DNA of 64,000 nt, from assembly GCA_050950785.1 (NCBI GenBank), contig JBMNIG010000024.1:8892-72891 (forward strand). The letters run 5' to 3'. The position numbers and the translations under genes were made by a program. This DNA is from Eubacteriales bacterium (lineage in GTDB: Bacteria; Bacillota; Clostridia; Oscillospirales; JAAYOS01). Shown here in pieces: positions 9,932 to 20,040 of this stretch. The notes beneath the pieces are model-generated. The model made no database searches and was not told where the DNA came from. It saw only the letters and a list, made by a program, of their open reading frames with translations. The first letter of the stretch is position 1, and each line of letters starts with the position of its first letter.

Positions 9932-11139
9932 GTGCGGTAGCTGCCGTTTATTCTTACATACTCATAAGTCAGGTCGCATCCCCAAGCGATGGCATGAGCT
10001 GTTCCGCTGTTCAGGTCGATCAGCACCTCGACCTCTTCTTCCTGCAGGATCTCTTTAGCGGTGTCCTCCGGAAACTCCACACCTATACCGCCTTTGCACA
10101 CCAGGATACTGCCCTTAGAGGAGGAAAGCCTAACGTCAACCTTGCTTATATCTATCGACTCTCCGCTGTAACCGATGGCACATAGCAAACGTCCCCAGTT
10201 TGCATCAGCCCCAAACATTGCCGTCTTTACCAACGAGGAAGATATCACCGACTTTGCTACTTTTCTAGCCACCTCCTCAGACTCTGCACCATTTGCTCTG
10301 CATGTCAGCAGCTTAGTCGCACCTTCTCCATCGCGTGCGATGGCGCGACTCAAATGTACAGTCACTTTGTTTAGCGCTTTCATAAATGAATCAAAGGCTG
10401 TTCCATAGGAGACAATCGGTGTGTTTTTTGCTTCACCGTTAGCCAATATAACAACCAAATCATTTGTGGATGTATCTCCATCAACACTAATCATGTTGAA
10501 GGTCGAGCTAACGTCGTTTGAAAGTGCAGCTTGAAGCATTTCCGAAGATATGGCACAATCGGTTGTTATAAAAGCAAGCATCGTTGCCATATTAGGGTGT
10601 ATCATTCCACTTCCTTTTGCGATTCCGCCGACTCTGCATTCTACGCCGTTGATTTCAAAGGAAACTGCAAACTCTTTGAGTTTTGTATCGGTTGTCATAA
10701 TTGCTTCTGCCGCTTTACTGCTGTAATCACCCAGTCCCTGAGCCAATGCGGGCAAACTATTGGCAATTGGATCGATTGGCAGCTCCTGTCCAATCACCCC
10801 GGTGGAAGCCACAACAACATCCCTTGTACTGATGTTCAACTGCTCAGCCACCAATTTGCACATTTCGGCAGCAACATCCATACCATTTGTAGTGCAAGCA
10901 TTGGCGTTCCCGCTATTACAAATAATCGCCTGGGCTTTTCCATCAGTCAAATTTTCTTTGGTTACCACCAATGGCGCTGCCTTTACCAGATTTGTCGTAT
11001 ATACTGCCGCTGCGTTTGCCACTGCACTGCTGTATATTAAAGCCAAGTCCTTTTTGCTTTTGTTTTTCCGTATGCCGCAGTGAACTCCGTTTGCCATAAA
11101 ACCTTTAGCGGCACAAACACCACCGTTTATCACTTGCAT
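9928..11139 (-). CDS. argJ: Bifunctional ornithine acetyltransferase / N-acetylglutamate synthase
   Basis: Autoprocessing region HPNMATMLAFITTDC. I place the start at ATG 11139 (MQVINGG...), 6 nt after AAGGAG. The ORF-track start at 11202 would overlap argC. Confidence 0.9.
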   Translation of the reverse strand: MQVINGGVCAAKGFMANGVHCGIRKNKSKKDLALIYSSAVANAAAVYTTNLVKAAPLVVTKENLTDGKAQAIICNSGNANACTTNGMDVAAEMCKLVAEQLNISTRDVVVASTGVIGQELPIDPIANSLPALAQGLGDYSSKAAEAIMTTDTKLKEFAVSFEINGVECRVGGIAKGSGMIHPNMATMLAFITTDCAISSEMLQAALSNDVSSTFNMISVDGDTSTNDLVVILANGEAKNTPIVSYGTAFDSFMKALNKVTVHLSRAIARDGEGATKLLTCRANGAESEEVARKVAKSVISSSLVKTAMFGADANWGRLLCAIGYSGESIDISKVDVRLSSSKGSILVCKGGIGVEFPEDTAKEILQEEEVEVLIDLNSGTAHAIAWGCDLTYEYVRINGSYRT

Positions 11140-11150
11140 TGTTTTTCTCC

Positions 11151-12080
11151 TTATAAATCCAATCCTGTTGTTTTGTCGAGACCAAGCTTGATGTTCAGGC
11201 ACTCAATCGCGGCTCCAGCAGATCCTTTACCCAAGTTGTCATAGCGTGCCATCAAAAGAATACGCTGTTCATTGCCGCATACCGTAATTTGCATGGAGTC
11301 CTTACCCTCAAGTCCTGCAGCCGACACATAACCATTTTCGTCTATGCTTTCATAATATCTTACTAATGGATCATTGTATTTCTCCTGCAGTACTCGTCGT
11401 ACATCATCAATCGTTTTCCCGGCACTAAGCTGCTGTGCGAAGAGGGATACCGTAACCAACATACCGCTATAAAAGTTCGAAACAATAGGACAAAATATAG
11501 GGTCATATGTAATCCCCGTCATTGCTTTCATTTCCGGCAAGTGCTTGTGCCTTTGACCCAGTGCATACTCACGAGGAGCTTTCAACAACTCATCAGGCTT
11601 TTCTTCATAATGAGCAATCATCCTCTTTCCACCTCCGCTGTAGCCTGTTAGCGAGTGGCAGGTCAAAAGCGTATCTTTTGATATGATAGATTCCTTAATG
11701 AGTGGATAAACAAGCGCAATAAAACCCGTTGCATGACATCCCGGAACTGCTATGCGTTGTGAGTTGATGATCTCGTTCTCATGCTCATCTGACAATTCCG
11801 GAAAGCCGTAGGTCCAACCTTTCTGTGTTCGATGCGCTGTAGACGCGTCCATTACTGTAACTTCAGGGTTTTCAATAAGTGACAAGGCCTCACGGGCAGC
11901 TTCATCCGGCAAACACAAAACAGAAATATCGGCTGTGTTGAGCATTTCTTTTCTTGCAGAAGTGTCCTTTCGCTCTACATCCGAAAGCCACAACAATTTC
12001 AGATCGCTTCGATCGGCAAGCCTTTCGTAAATACGCAAGCCCGTTGTGCCAGCTCTTCCGTCAACAAATACCTTTTTCAC
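11151..12080 (-). CDS. argC: N-acetyl-gamma-glutamyl-phosphate reductase (short 'uncommon' form)
   Basis: VDGRAGTTGL and the active-site motif VPGCHATGF. GTG at 12080 is preceded by AAGGGG at a 9-nt spacing and gives 309 aa. The upstream ATG at 12110 has no spaced RBS and is an alternative start. Confidence 0.85.
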   Translation of the reverse strand: MKKVFVDGRAGTTGLRIYERLADRSDLKLLWLSDVERKDTSARKEMLNTADISVLCLPDEAAREALSLIENPEVTVMDASTAHRTQKGWTYGFPELSDEHENEIINSQRIAVPGCHATGFIALVYPLIKESIISKDTLLTCHSLTGYSGGGKRMIAHYEEKPDELLKAPREYALGQRHKHLPEMKAMTGITYDPIFCPIVSNFYSGMLVTVSLFAQQLSAGKTIDDVRRVLQEKYNDPLVRYYESIDENGYVSAAGLEGKDSMQITVCGNEQRILLMARYDNLGKGSAGAAIECLNIKLGLDKTTGLDL

Positions 12081-12168
12081 TATTTTCAACCCCTTTGAAT
12101 AAAATTGCATCCTTTTGCATAGATACCAGTGTAAAGTGGATGTAATTATGCATTATGTTATTATGGTA

Positions 12169-12182
12169 TGTATAATTATTCA
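12169..12182. promoter_or_regulatory. Candidate ARG box (ArgR/AhrC operator) upstream of argC
   Basis: TGTATAATTATTCA matches the palindromic core TGAAT-WWWW-ATTCA at 13 of 14 positions, about 90 nt upstream of the argC start. Only one good box was found. Confidence 0.4.
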
Positions 12183-12312
12183 GTATATTACATTATAATG
12201 GAATATAAATCAACACAAAGCTGCTAATATTCACATTATTGTATATTTATCCAAACCCGGCATTGTATTCTGCCATACACTTCTACAAACTGCACTACGC
12301 AGTCAGACAAGG

Positions 12313-12334
12313 GGACGGTTTTTCTGTCTTGGAG
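12313..12334 (+). repeat. Copy of the dispersed GGACGGTTCTTTTGTC-type repeat
   Basis: GGACGGTTTTTCTGTCTTGGAG matches the reverse complement of 51548-51569 at 20 of 22 positions. Confidence 0.7.
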
Positions 12335-12369
12335 CTTGCGCCAAGTTTAAGACATAGGCAAAGATATCT

Positions 12370-12386
12370 GGACGGTTCTGTTGTCC
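12370..12386 (+). repeat. Copy of the dispersed GGACGGTTCTTTTGTC-type repeat
   Basis: GGACGGTTCTGTTGTCC has 1 mismatch over 16 nt to 51522-51537. Confidence 0.6.
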
Positions 12387-12420
12387 GATTTTTCTACCCT
12401 AATCTCGTTATGCTCTCAAC

Positions 12421-12449
12421 AAAAAACGCTCTGCCCATTAGGCAGAGCG
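12421..12449 (-). terminator. Rho-independent terminator of the GntR/membrane-protein operon
   Basis: On the minus strand: CGCTCTGCC, loop TAATG, GGCAGAGCG, followed by TTTTTTGTTG. Confidence 0.8.
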
Positions 12450-12500
12450 TCTCTTTGTTGATGTGCACGAAGCGAAATAACTTATGTTACACGGATCCAA

Positions 12501-12521
12501 ACACAGAACCGTTCTTGTGTC
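12501..12521. repeat. Compact palindromic variant of the same repeat family
   Basis: ACACAGAACCGTTCTTGTGTC. Both half-sites resemble GACAAAAGAACCGTCC / GGACGGTTCTTTTGTC. Confidence 0.45.
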
Positions 12522-12560
12522 TGGCCCCATCTCCGTGTCTGGTCTAAAAGTAGTCTATTT

Positions 12561-13910
12561 CTACTGATTTAGCTTCGTCTCTAGTTGCTGGTATATTTTG
12601 TTTGTCAATTCGTCATCACGTGAACCAAATAGGTAGTATTGATTGCTTTCCGTTTTTATCAATATAAATGGCGAATGATTCGGATCGAGACAGACCTTCA
12701 TTTTGGCAATCCCCTTAGCCGAGAAGTTGCCCTTTAGCAGGTTTTCCATCGCTGTACCAAATGTGCGAATCATATTCTCCGGCAGTTCTTCAAGAAGCTT
12801 GACTTCTGTGATTTCTTCATATGGCACAGAATATTCTGAGCTGCCGTACGTGGAAACTATATGGGTATCGGTAAGCACAATCCCTATCTGCCTTCCTCCA
12901 ATGCTCTCGAGTAAAGCCCCTGTAAATGGCAAAGCAAGTAGCAATAGAACCAGCAAACCCGTGATTATCTTTCCGGATGTTTTAGCAACATTTATGCTTG
13001 AATTTGTACCGACACGATTATTTATGATCAAGCGACTGTCGTTGGGATTGTAATATATTACTCCACCGATCCATTTGTCGTCGTCATCAACGTACCAATC
13101 CTTACCGCTTTGTGCGGTCAATTTCTCCTGCACTTTCCGTGTATTCATTTCAACTCTGATTGCAGCTACAGTAATAACAAAACCAACCGCAATTACCATG
13201 ATTATATTCCATAATGGGTAATTACGTGTAAGGAGCATCCCTAAACCAAAGGCAGAAAAACTGTAGGCACATATAAGCCACATTTTCCCCCAATTATGTC
13301 GACGCACTTGGGTCAAAACCCGTGATAGTTCAACATTTTTATCAACTGACTCCGATTTGTTACGGTAAAGATAGCGATAGCATAACCAAAAGACTGCAGG
13401 ACAAATAGCAAATGTAACATATAGTATCCAGTAACTTTGATCCCAAATCAACGGAAGTAAGCATAAAAGCACTGCCGGGAGAAAAGCCCAGGGAGATAGC
13501 CACTTGTTTGGTGGAATCGCAGCAGTATCTACCCTAATACTCTTATTTTCAGTCTGCTTCCAGCCTTTTTCCAACTTAAGCTTTTTCAAAGCCTTGTTGC
13601 ATATCACATATGGGACATAAGGGAGTATAATGCAAAGATCAACCCAAATGCACCATAACGTCATAGTAATGGTGATTCCCCTGGCAAAGAGACATGGAAC
13701 TGCTATAACGAGGAGAAATATACATATCCACAGCTGCTGCTTCTTGAAACGCTTAAGGCTTTCCTGCACCTGTTCATCTTCCCGGGCATCATATGGCAAA
13801 GTGACACCTACTACGATATTCTTCTTGAATTTTGCTTCGTTTACGAGCATGAAATAGAGAAGCGGAGCAATCCAAATGATGCTGGCCCACAATATTACTG
13901 TAAAAATCAT
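12561..13910 (-). CDS. Polytopic membrane protein of unknown function with a soluble C-terminal (PH-like?) domain, co-transcribed with the GntR regulator
   Basis: 449 aa with about 8 hydrophobic segments. The start overlaps the GntR stop (ATGA). No catalytic motif recognised. Confidence 0.55.
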   Translation of the reverse strand: MIFTVILWASIIWIAPLLYFMLVNEAKFKKNIVVGVTLPYDAREDEQVQESLKRFKKQQLWICIFLLVIAVPCLFARGITITMTLWCIWVDLCIILPYVPYVICNKALKKLKLEKGWKQTENKSIRVDTAAIPPNKWLSPWAFLPAVLLCLLPLIWDQSYWILYVTFAICPAVFWLCYRYLYRNKSESVDKNVELSRVLTQVRRHNWGKMWLICAYSFSAFGLGMLLTRNYPLWNIIMVIAVGFVITVAAIRVEMNTRKVQEKLTAQSGKDWYVDDDDKWIGGVIYYNPNDSRLIINNRVGTNSSINVAKTSGKIITGLLVLLLLALPFTGALLESIGGRQIGIVLTDTHIVSTYGSSEYSVPYEEITEVKLLEELPENMIRTFGTAMENLLKGNFSAKGIAKMKVCLDPNHSPFILIKTESNQYYLFGSRDDELTNKIYQQLETKLNQ

Positions 13911-14278
13911 CGCTGTCCCTCCTCATATAGCTTCTTACACAAGCTAATAACATCATTTTGACCCATTCCGGCTAATCTCAGCTCGGATATATGCAGTCTC
14001 AATGCTTCAATAGTTTCTTGCGGAATCGATAGTTCTGTTTTTCTAGATGCTATAACAGCACCAGTTCGACGATCTGTGTTGATGTATCCTTCCTGTTTTA
14101 ACAACTGGTAGGCCTTACTGACAGTCATCATATTTATACCGCTCTCTTCTGCCAACGCTCTGATAGTTGGCAAGCGATCTCCGGGTAGCAATTTACCCTC
14201 TGCTATTCCTATCACCACTTGATTTCGTAGTTGTATATACAGAGGAGTATTGCTGTTAAAGTCAAAGTGAAAAATCAT
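13907..14278 (-). CDS. GntR-family transcriptional regulator (short YtrA-like subfamily)
   Basis: 123 aa. Winged HTH LPTIRALAEESGINMMTVSKAYQLLKQEGYI. Confidence 0.8.
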   Translation of the reverse strand: MIFHFDFNSNTPLYIQLRNQVVIGIAEGKLLPGDRLPTIRALAEESGINMMTVSKAYQLLKQEGYINTDRRTGAVIASRKTELSIPQETIEALRLHISELRLAGMGQNDVISLCKKLYEEGQR

Positions 14279-14497
14279 ATGTTATGCCCCCTTTGCATTA
14301 ATTATTATAATGCAACTAATGCATGTATGTCAATAGGTGTTTTTCACTTTAAGATGATTTTGACAGCGCTCAGCCGTACGTTTAACCGACAAAATCCTTC
14401 TGAGATTTTATGAAGTCTCAAAAAATATGTGAACACGCGAATTTGCATAATTCCCGAACTAATCATTATATAAAGTAAAATTTTGATCCAAAATTTA

Positions 14498-14551
14498 ATA
14501 CCCGATAAGGTACAATCGTTGTTTTCATGAAACAAGTACCTTATCGGGTAT
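14498..14551 (-). terminator. Long hairpin just downstream of guaA (probable terminator)
   Basis: Perfect 16-bp arms ATACCCGATAAGGTAC (14498-14513) and GTACCTTATCGGGTAT (14536-14551). On the minus strand it is followed by TAAATTTTGG. Confidence 0.6.
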
Positions 14552-14560
14552 ATTATTATA

Positions 14561-16093
14561 TCATTCCCACTCGATAGTCGCCGGTGGCTTTGCTGTTATA
14601 TCGTAGACGACTCTGTTGACATGGCTTACTTCGTTTACTATCCGTTTAGAAACCAATGCAAGCACATCATAGGGGATTCTCGCCCATTCGGCAGTCATAT
14701 AATCAGTGGTCGTCACAGCTCGAAGTGCTACTGTATAGTCGTAAGTTCGGGCATCCCCCATAACCCCTACCGACCTCATGTTCGTGAGAACAGCAAAATA
14801 CTGGCCTATGCTGTCATCGAGTCCGGCATTGACCAACTCCTCGCGAAATATCGCATCGGCGTCACGCAATATTTCGAGCTTGTCCTTGGTAATCTCACCT
14901 ATGATGCGTACTGCAAGGCCAGGACCCGGAAACGGCTGACGCTTAACGAGCTTTTCAGGCAGTCCTAGCTCTCTGCCAAGATCCCGGACTTCGTCCTTAA
15001 AGAGTAAGCGCAGCGGTTCAATTATCTCCTTGAAGTTTATGACATCGGGAAGACCACCCACATTGTGATGACTCTTAATAACGGCTGCTTCTCCTACTCC
15101 GGATTCAATAACATCGGGATAGATAGTTCCTTGCACAAGAAAGTCCACCTCTCCTATTTTCGAGGCTTCCTCCTCAAAAACCCGTATAAACTCCTCGCCG
15201 ATTATTTTTCGTTTTTCCTCGGGGTCGGTCACTCCGGAAAGTCTGCTCAGAAAACGATCTTCGGCGTTTACACGTATAAACTGAATGTCCCCTCTTCCAA
15301 AGACATCCTCAACCTCATCGCCCTCATTTTTTCTCATCAATCCATGATCTACAAAAATGCATATCAACTGCTTCCCAATAGCAGTCTTAAGAAGTTGGGC
15401 ACATACCGAACTGTCAACTCCGCCCGATAGTCCAAGCAAGGCCTTTCCACTGCCTACTGTCTCCCTGATTTCTTCAATAGCCTGCTGAGCATAGTTGTGC
15501 ATAGACCAGCTTCCATCAGCCTCACAGACCTCATATAGGAAATTCCTCAGAATCTCTGTTCCGTTCTCCGAGTGCTCAACCTCCGCATGGAATTGGATTC
15601 CATACATCTTCTTCTCTCTGTGTTCCATAGCAGCAATAGGGCACTCTTCACTCGATGCTATCGCTTTGAACCCTTTAGGTATTTCAGCCACAAAATCCGC
15701 ATGGCTCATATAGACTGTTCCCTGGCCGTTCATACCTCTAAACAGTGGAGATGAATTATCATAATTGACTTTGGTGGAACCGTATTCGTGGACCTCCGCT
15801 GCCTTTACATCTCCGCCAAGGACGTGTGCCATAACCTGCATGCCATAACAGATGCCAAGCACCGGAACTCCCAGATTGAAGAGTTGATTGTCGGGTCGTG
15901 GCGCATTATCTTCATAAACGCTATTGGGACCACCACTTAGGATTATACCTATTGGCTCTTTCTTTTTTATATCCTCTATAGGCATCCTGTAAGAGTGGAC
16001 TTCGCAGTATACACCACTCTCACGGACTCGCCTTGCGATCAATTGATTGTATTGCCCGCCAAAATCCAATATAAGAACCATTTTGTTCGACAT
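14561..16093 (-). CDS. guaA: GMP synthase (glutamine-hydrolysing)
   Basis: GATase motif GICYGMQ, PP-loop [10 protein letters not shown]-terminus PATIEWE. ATG 16093 ([15 protein letters not shown]) follows GAGGAAAG. The ORF-track start at 16210 would overlap the upstream GNAT gene. Confidence 0.95.
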   Translation of the reverse strand: MSNKMVLILDFGGQYNQLIARRVRESGVYCEVHSYRMPIEDIKKKEPIGIILSGGPNSVYEDNAPRPDNQLFNLGVPVLGICYGMQVMAHVLGGDVKAAEVHEYGSTKVNYDNSSPLFRGMNGQGTVYMSHADFVAEIPKGFKAIASSEECPIAAMEHREKKMYGIQFHAEVEHSENGTEILRNFLYEVCEADGSWSMHNYAQQAIEEIRETVGSGKALLGLSGGVDSSVCAQLLKTAIGKQLICIFVDHGLMRKNEGDEVEDVFGRGDIQFIRVNAEDRFLSRLSGVTDPEEKRKIIGEEFIRVFEEEASKIGEVDFLVQGTIYPDVIESGVGEAAVIKSHHNVGGLPDVINFKEIIEPLRLLFKDEVRDLGRELGLPEKLVKRQPFPGPGLAVRIIGEITKDKLEILRDADAIFREELVNAGLDDSIGQYFAVLTNMRSVGVMGDARTYDYTVALRAVTTTDYMTAEWARIPYDVLALVSKRIVNEVSHVNRVVYDITAKPPATIEWE

Positions 16094-16118
16094 AACTTTC
16101 CTCATTTCTTCTGTATAT

Positions 16119-16904
16119 CTAATAATCCGATATCTCATACACAATATACTCACGGTCAAACCTGTAACCGAGCTTTTTCGCCAAAGCTGCAGATTCTTTA
16201 TTATGTGCATCCCAACCTGGGTATAGGCCTCTGTTGAGACACTCCAATATCAGTTTCGCTCCACTGATGTATGCAAGCCCTTTCCTCCGATACTCTTTTT
16301 TAGTATCGATTTGAATTTCAATGCCACCGATAAAGGACGAGTAGGAGGATGCACCTGCAACCGGCTCACCATCTTTAAATATAACAACACCCAATCCAAG
16401 TCTTTTATACGTTTCATAATCTTCATATTGGGCTACCCAATCGTAGCACCAAGAAATCTCTTTGCACTTGTTATACAGTTCCTCGTCAATCAACTGAATC
16501 GAGTATTCCGGAGAAAGAGAGTCTACAACAGATTGAAGCCTATCCTTATCAAATACGTCCGGATCCTTTTTGAAGGCATATCTTGTCACTTTTCTCGCCT
16601 TATCCTGATAATGTTTTTCTATCGGGTCTGCCCATTCATCGTTTTGAGGAACCATGATAATGTAATCCCACTTGTAATCATCCGGCTTAAACATGATAAT
16701 ATCGGCGTTTGGTTTTCCGACCAAGAAGGAAAAACCCCCTAGAATGGCGGCCACAGATTCCGGGTTTTCGGTTGAGTCTGCATATATGTTACCCATGACC
16801 CCTTGAAGGCATGACCATACAAGAGTATCTTCCATCCCTGCAAACAGTGGAGCCACTATCTTGGTATCAGTTATTTTAATGCATCTTCCCATATTGATGA
16901 GCAC
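16119..16904 (-). CDS. GNAT-family N-acetyltransferase
   Basis: 261 aa. C-terminal acetyl-CoA-binding-like region [29 protein letters not shown]...[11 protein letters not shown]. Confidence 0.6.
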   Translation of the reverse strand: MLINMGRCIKITDTKIVAPLFAGMEDTLVWSCLQGVMGNIYADSTENPESVAAILGGFSFLVGKPNADIIMFKPDDYKWDYIIMVPQNDEWADPIEKHYQDKARKVTRYAFKKDPDVFDKDRLQSVVDSLSPEYSIQLIDEELYNKCKEISWCYDWVAQYEDYETYKRLGLGVVIFKDGEPVAGASSYSSFIGGIEIQIDTKKEYRRKGLAYISGAKLILECLNRGLYPGWDAHNKESAALAKKLGYRFDREYIVYEISDY

Positions 16905-17036
16905 CTTATTTTTACCTTTCCCGACCTTTTTGGGTTTAATTCACTTCCTAAATGCATGGTAATTTTATCATACTACCAAACACCAATCAATAAGAGCTTT
17001 TGTTGAGTGGAAAACTATCGAAACGAATTTGTCATA

Positions 17037-17069
17037 CAAAAAACCGCCATAGGTGTTAACCAATGACGG
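17037..17069 (-). terminator. Terminator of the rplM-rpsI operon
   Basis: On the minus strand: CCGTCAT, 12-nt loop, ATGGCGG (one G-U pair), followed by TTTTTTGTATG. Confidence 0.65.
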
Positions 17070-17134
17070 TCTTGTAAACTCGAAAACAAACTTTGAAAGC
17101 TTGAACAATCTCGAGTGTAAATAAGCAATAAATA

Positions 17135-17539
17135 TTATCTCTTGGAGAATTGAGGCGCGCGACGAGCACCCTTGAGACCGTACTTTTTGCGCTCCTTCAT
17201 CCTTGGGTCTCTTGTCAGGAAACCTGCCTTTTTGAGAGCAGGACGAAAATTTTCGTCGAGCTTGATAAGCGCGCGAGCAATACCGTGGCGAATTGCGCCG
17301 GCCTGTCCGGTCACTCCACCACCGGTAACGGTAGTTACGATGTCAACCTTGCCAATGGTTTCGGTAGTAACCAGGGGCTGACGTACGATCAGCTTGAGGG
17401 TATCAAGCCCAAAGTAATCGTCGATGTCACGATTGTTGATGGTTATTTGACCGCTTCCATTCGGATAAACGTGAACTCTGGCCACTGAGGACTTTCTGCG
17501 GCCGGTGCCATAGAAATAAGGCTTTTTCGGTGTATACAT
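17135..17539 (-). CDS. rpsI: 30S ribosomal protein S9
   Basis: 134 aa ending [11 protein letters not shown]. Canonical S9 sequence. Confidence 0.95.
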   Translation of the reverse strand: MYTPKKPYFYGTGRRKSSVARVHVYPNGSGQITINNRDIDDYFGLDTLKLIVRQPLVTTETIGKVDIVTTVTGGGVTGQAGAIRHGIARALIKLDENFRPALKKAGFLTRDPRMKERKKYGLKGARRAPQFSKR

Positions 17540-17553
17540 CCTTCTTTACCTCC

Positions 17554-17985
17554 TTAGTCCTGTGCCCAAAGCTCAGGTTTCTGAGCGGCATGTTTGTGTT
17601 CTTCGTCCTTATAGACGCGCAAGCGCTTGAGGGCCAGTGCGCCCAAAGAGTTCTTTGGAAGCATGCCTTTAACGGCAAGCTCCATTGCGAAGTTGGAGCG
17701 TTTCTCCATAAGAGTGCTGTATTTGACCTCTTTCAAGCCTCCAACCCAGCCGGAATGACGATAGTACTTCTTGTTGTTGAGCTTGTTGCCGGTAAGTACG
17801 GCCTTGTCGGAATTGATGATGATCACAAAATCCCCGCAATCAACATGGGGTGTGAAATCAGGCCTGTGCTTGCCCCTGAGAATATGGGCAGCCAATGCAG
17901 CGGTTCTTCCGAGTGGTTTGTCTGCCGCATCCAGGATGTACCATTTGCGTTCCATGGTCTCTTTTTTTGCCATGTAGGTGGACAT
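17554..17985 (-). CDS. rplM: 50S ribosomal protein L13
   Basis: [23 protein letters not shown] 17985 follows GGAGGAAG. The ORF-track TTG at 18003 is an over-extension. Confidence 0.95.
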   Translation of the reverse strand: MSTYMAKKETMERKWYILDAADKPLGRTAALAAHILRGKHRPDFTPHVDCGDFVIIINSDKAVLTGNKLNNKKYYRHSGWVGGLKEVKYSTLMEKRSNFAMELAVKGMLPKNSLGALALKRLRVYKDEEHKHAAQKPELWAQD

Positions 17986-18120
17986 ATACTTCCTCCGTTC
18001 CAATATCGGTTAATAATTATAGTCTAAAGTTTAACATTTTGAACCAAATCTCTGTAAAATGTTGACCTTATTTGCTTCTTCCATTATCATATTCAACGTA
18101 GAAAAAACAAGACCTTAACT

Positions 18121-18149
18121 TTTATACCATATCAACCCGTTGTTGTCAA
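18121..18149 (-). promoter_or_regulatory. Sigma-A-type promoter of rplM-rpsI
   Basis: On the minus strand: TTGACA (18149-18144), 17-nt spacer, TATAAA (18126-18121). It leaves a leader of about 130 nt that could hold an L13 leader structure (not verified). Confidence 0.6.
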
Positions 18150-18272
18150 CACCCAAAATGCAAATATTTTAATTTAGATAGCCGGGTCCTCCCTATTCCT
18201 TTCATATCCTCCGTTTTACTCGCGTTTACTACAAACCAATTTCAAAATTTTTGCAGGACAAGGAGCACTTTT

Positions 18273-19000
18273 ATGCAGCGTCTTTTAAGCCGAGTGCGCA
18301 GATGCGTTGACGATTTTAACATGATACAACCCGGGGATCGTATTGCGGTAGGGGTTATCTGCAGGTAAGGATTCCCTATCACTTCTCTGGTCGCTTGCAC
18401 AAATGCGGCGTTTTTATCCTAATCCTTATGAGCTTAAAGCAGTTACCCTTGATATTGATTCAGGAAAATACGGACTTCAGCGCCGTTGAAGAGTTTTGCC
18501 GCTCCCTCGATGTGGAATATACAGTGGGTTCCAACCAATATCAAGAAAATCGTATTCGATGTCAGAAATGAAGAACGAACCCCTGCTCTCTTTGTGCGAA
18601 GTTACGCAGAGGAGGGGTGAACAATGCAGCTCTCTCGCTTGGGTTTGTCATTAAAAGTAGCACTGGGGCACCACTTTGATGATGCCCATTGAGACTTTTA
18701 TGATGTCACTTATCTTTGAGGGAAGGATCTCGTGTTTTCAGCCGGTTACTTATCTTGATCGCAAGGATGTTACGATCATAAGGCCAATGCTCTATGTTGA
18801 GGAGAAAATGCTGCATAATTCGGCACAAGAGCTCAAGCTCCCGGTTCTGGAGAGCACATGCCCTGCAAACGGGCACACAAAGCGTCAAGAGATAAAGCAG
18901 CTCTTAGAAAATCTGGTCAAAGGAATATCCCGATATCAAAAGTAAAGTTTTCGGAGCGATACGCCGCTCATCGTTGAAGGGTTGGAACACAAACGACTGA
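18273..19000 (+). pseudogene. ttcA: TtcA-family PP-loop ATPase (tRNA 2-thiocytidine synthetase-like) broken by multiple frameshifts
   Basis: An AGGAG RBS precedes ATG 18273. Family-typical peptides appear in all three frames in order: MQRLLSRVRRCVDDFNMIQPGDRIAVGV, then AGKDSLSLLW...ELKAVTLD, DFSAVEEFCRSLDVEYTV, TNIKKIVFDVRNE, NPCSLCAKLRRGGVNNAALSLG, LGHHFDDA, IETFMMSLIFEGRISCFQPVTYLDRKDVTIIRPMLYVEEK...CPANGHTKRQEIK, YPDIKSKVFGAIRR. At least 7 frame changes are needed to join them. Confidence 0.8.
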
Positions 19001-19026
19001 TATTAAGCGCTACATTTTACTGCGCG

Positions 19027-19860
19027 CTATCGGCTAAGCCGCTGTGTCTCTAGCCAAACAAGAATTTCATTAGCGATGTCTTGCCAGCATACTTCGTTAT
19101 GCAAATCATGGCGCAGGCCTTCCCATTCGCGGTATGTGCACAGCTTCCCTGCGGCCTCAGCAAAAGCTCGACTTCCCTCTATGCTGCATATGCCATCCTT
19201 TGTGCCATGCATCAGCAATACCGGCCCGCGCTTGATATCGGCATTTTTTAGTATAAGCTTTGCCCATTTGAAACATCCGGCAGCAGTGCCCGGTGTTATG
19301 AACGGGTGGCATAGTTTGTCGGGTACAGATCCCGGCGGGACAAGCTCTGATGGGTCGAAATGTTTGTCTGATTTAACTCTGTTGTTGAGCAACAAATTTG
19401 GTGTAATTACGGAAGCTACTATTGATATGAAGTACGCAATCGCGGTGGGCATGTTTACAAGACGTATCCACGGTGAGGTTATAATATAACCGCGTACTTC
19501 TTCTTTTTCACGGGCGAGGCGGTATGAAAGAGCTAGGTTCCCACCCATGGAATGTCCCATAAGATATCTGGGGACTCCCGGCTCCTCTTGTCTGATATAG
19601 TTTAATAAGGTGTCTACGAGACCGTAAAATTCATCCCGTTTCCCTATTTGACCCCGTATACCGGGTGACTTCCCATGCCCAGGCAGGTCTATTCCGTAGA
19701 CCGAATAACCTCTCTGCGCTATATAGTCGGCAAATTTTGAATAGCGGCCAAAGTGCTCACCAATGCCATGCAGCACAGCGATCGCTCCCAAAGGCTTTTC
19801 CGCCTTCGAGTAATATCCTTGATACTCCACATAGTCATGCTTCAGCTCAAATTCAAGCAT
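19027..19860 (-). CDS. Alpha/beta hydrolase (lysophospholipase / monoacylglycerol-lipase-like)
   Basis: 277 aa with HGIGEH and the nucleophile elbow GHSMGGNLA. Confidence 0.7.
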   Translation of the reverse strand: MLEFELKHDYVEYQGYYSKAEKPLGAIAVLHGIGEHFGRYSKFADYIAQRGYSVYGIDLPGHGKSPGIRGQIGKRDEFYGLVDTLLNYIRQEEPGVPRYLMGHSMGGNLALSYRLAREKEEVRGYIITSPWIRLVNMPTAIAYFISIVASVITPNLLLNNRVKSDKHFDPSELVPPGSVPDKLCHPFITPGTAAGCFKWAKLILKNADIKRGPVLLMHGTKDGICSIEGSRAFAEAAGKLCTYREWEGLRHDLHNEVCWQDIANEILVWLETQRLSR

Positions 19861-20031
19861 GATTTCCTCCCGTTCTGCTATCCGATGGGATATTTATTTT
19901 GTGTAACTTTTGGTCGGATTTTTGCTTCTTTAACTTAAATATATTAAATCAGATTTCTGTGTTTAGTTCAATAAGTTATTTATATAAATCTAGCAATTTT
20001 GCGGCAAGGTATGGTAATATACCGAGAAAAA

Positions 20032-20040
20032 TGATATAAT
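20032..20040 (+). promoter_or_regulatory. Extended -10 promoter element upstream of hpf
   Basis: TGATATAAT (TGnTATAAT). No good -35. It predicts a leader of about 100 nt. Confidence 0.4.

Noticed and set aside
12239-12547. 102-aa plus-strand ORF in the arg upstream region
   Set aside because: It has a TTG start without an RBS. It runs straight through a strong minus-strand terminator and three repeat elements, and no domain is recognisable.
16094-16210. N-terminal extension of guaA in the ORF track
   Set aside because: It would overlap the upstream GNAT gene. The conserved GuaA N-terminus ([15 protein letters not shown]) starts at 16093 behind a GAGGAAAG RBS.
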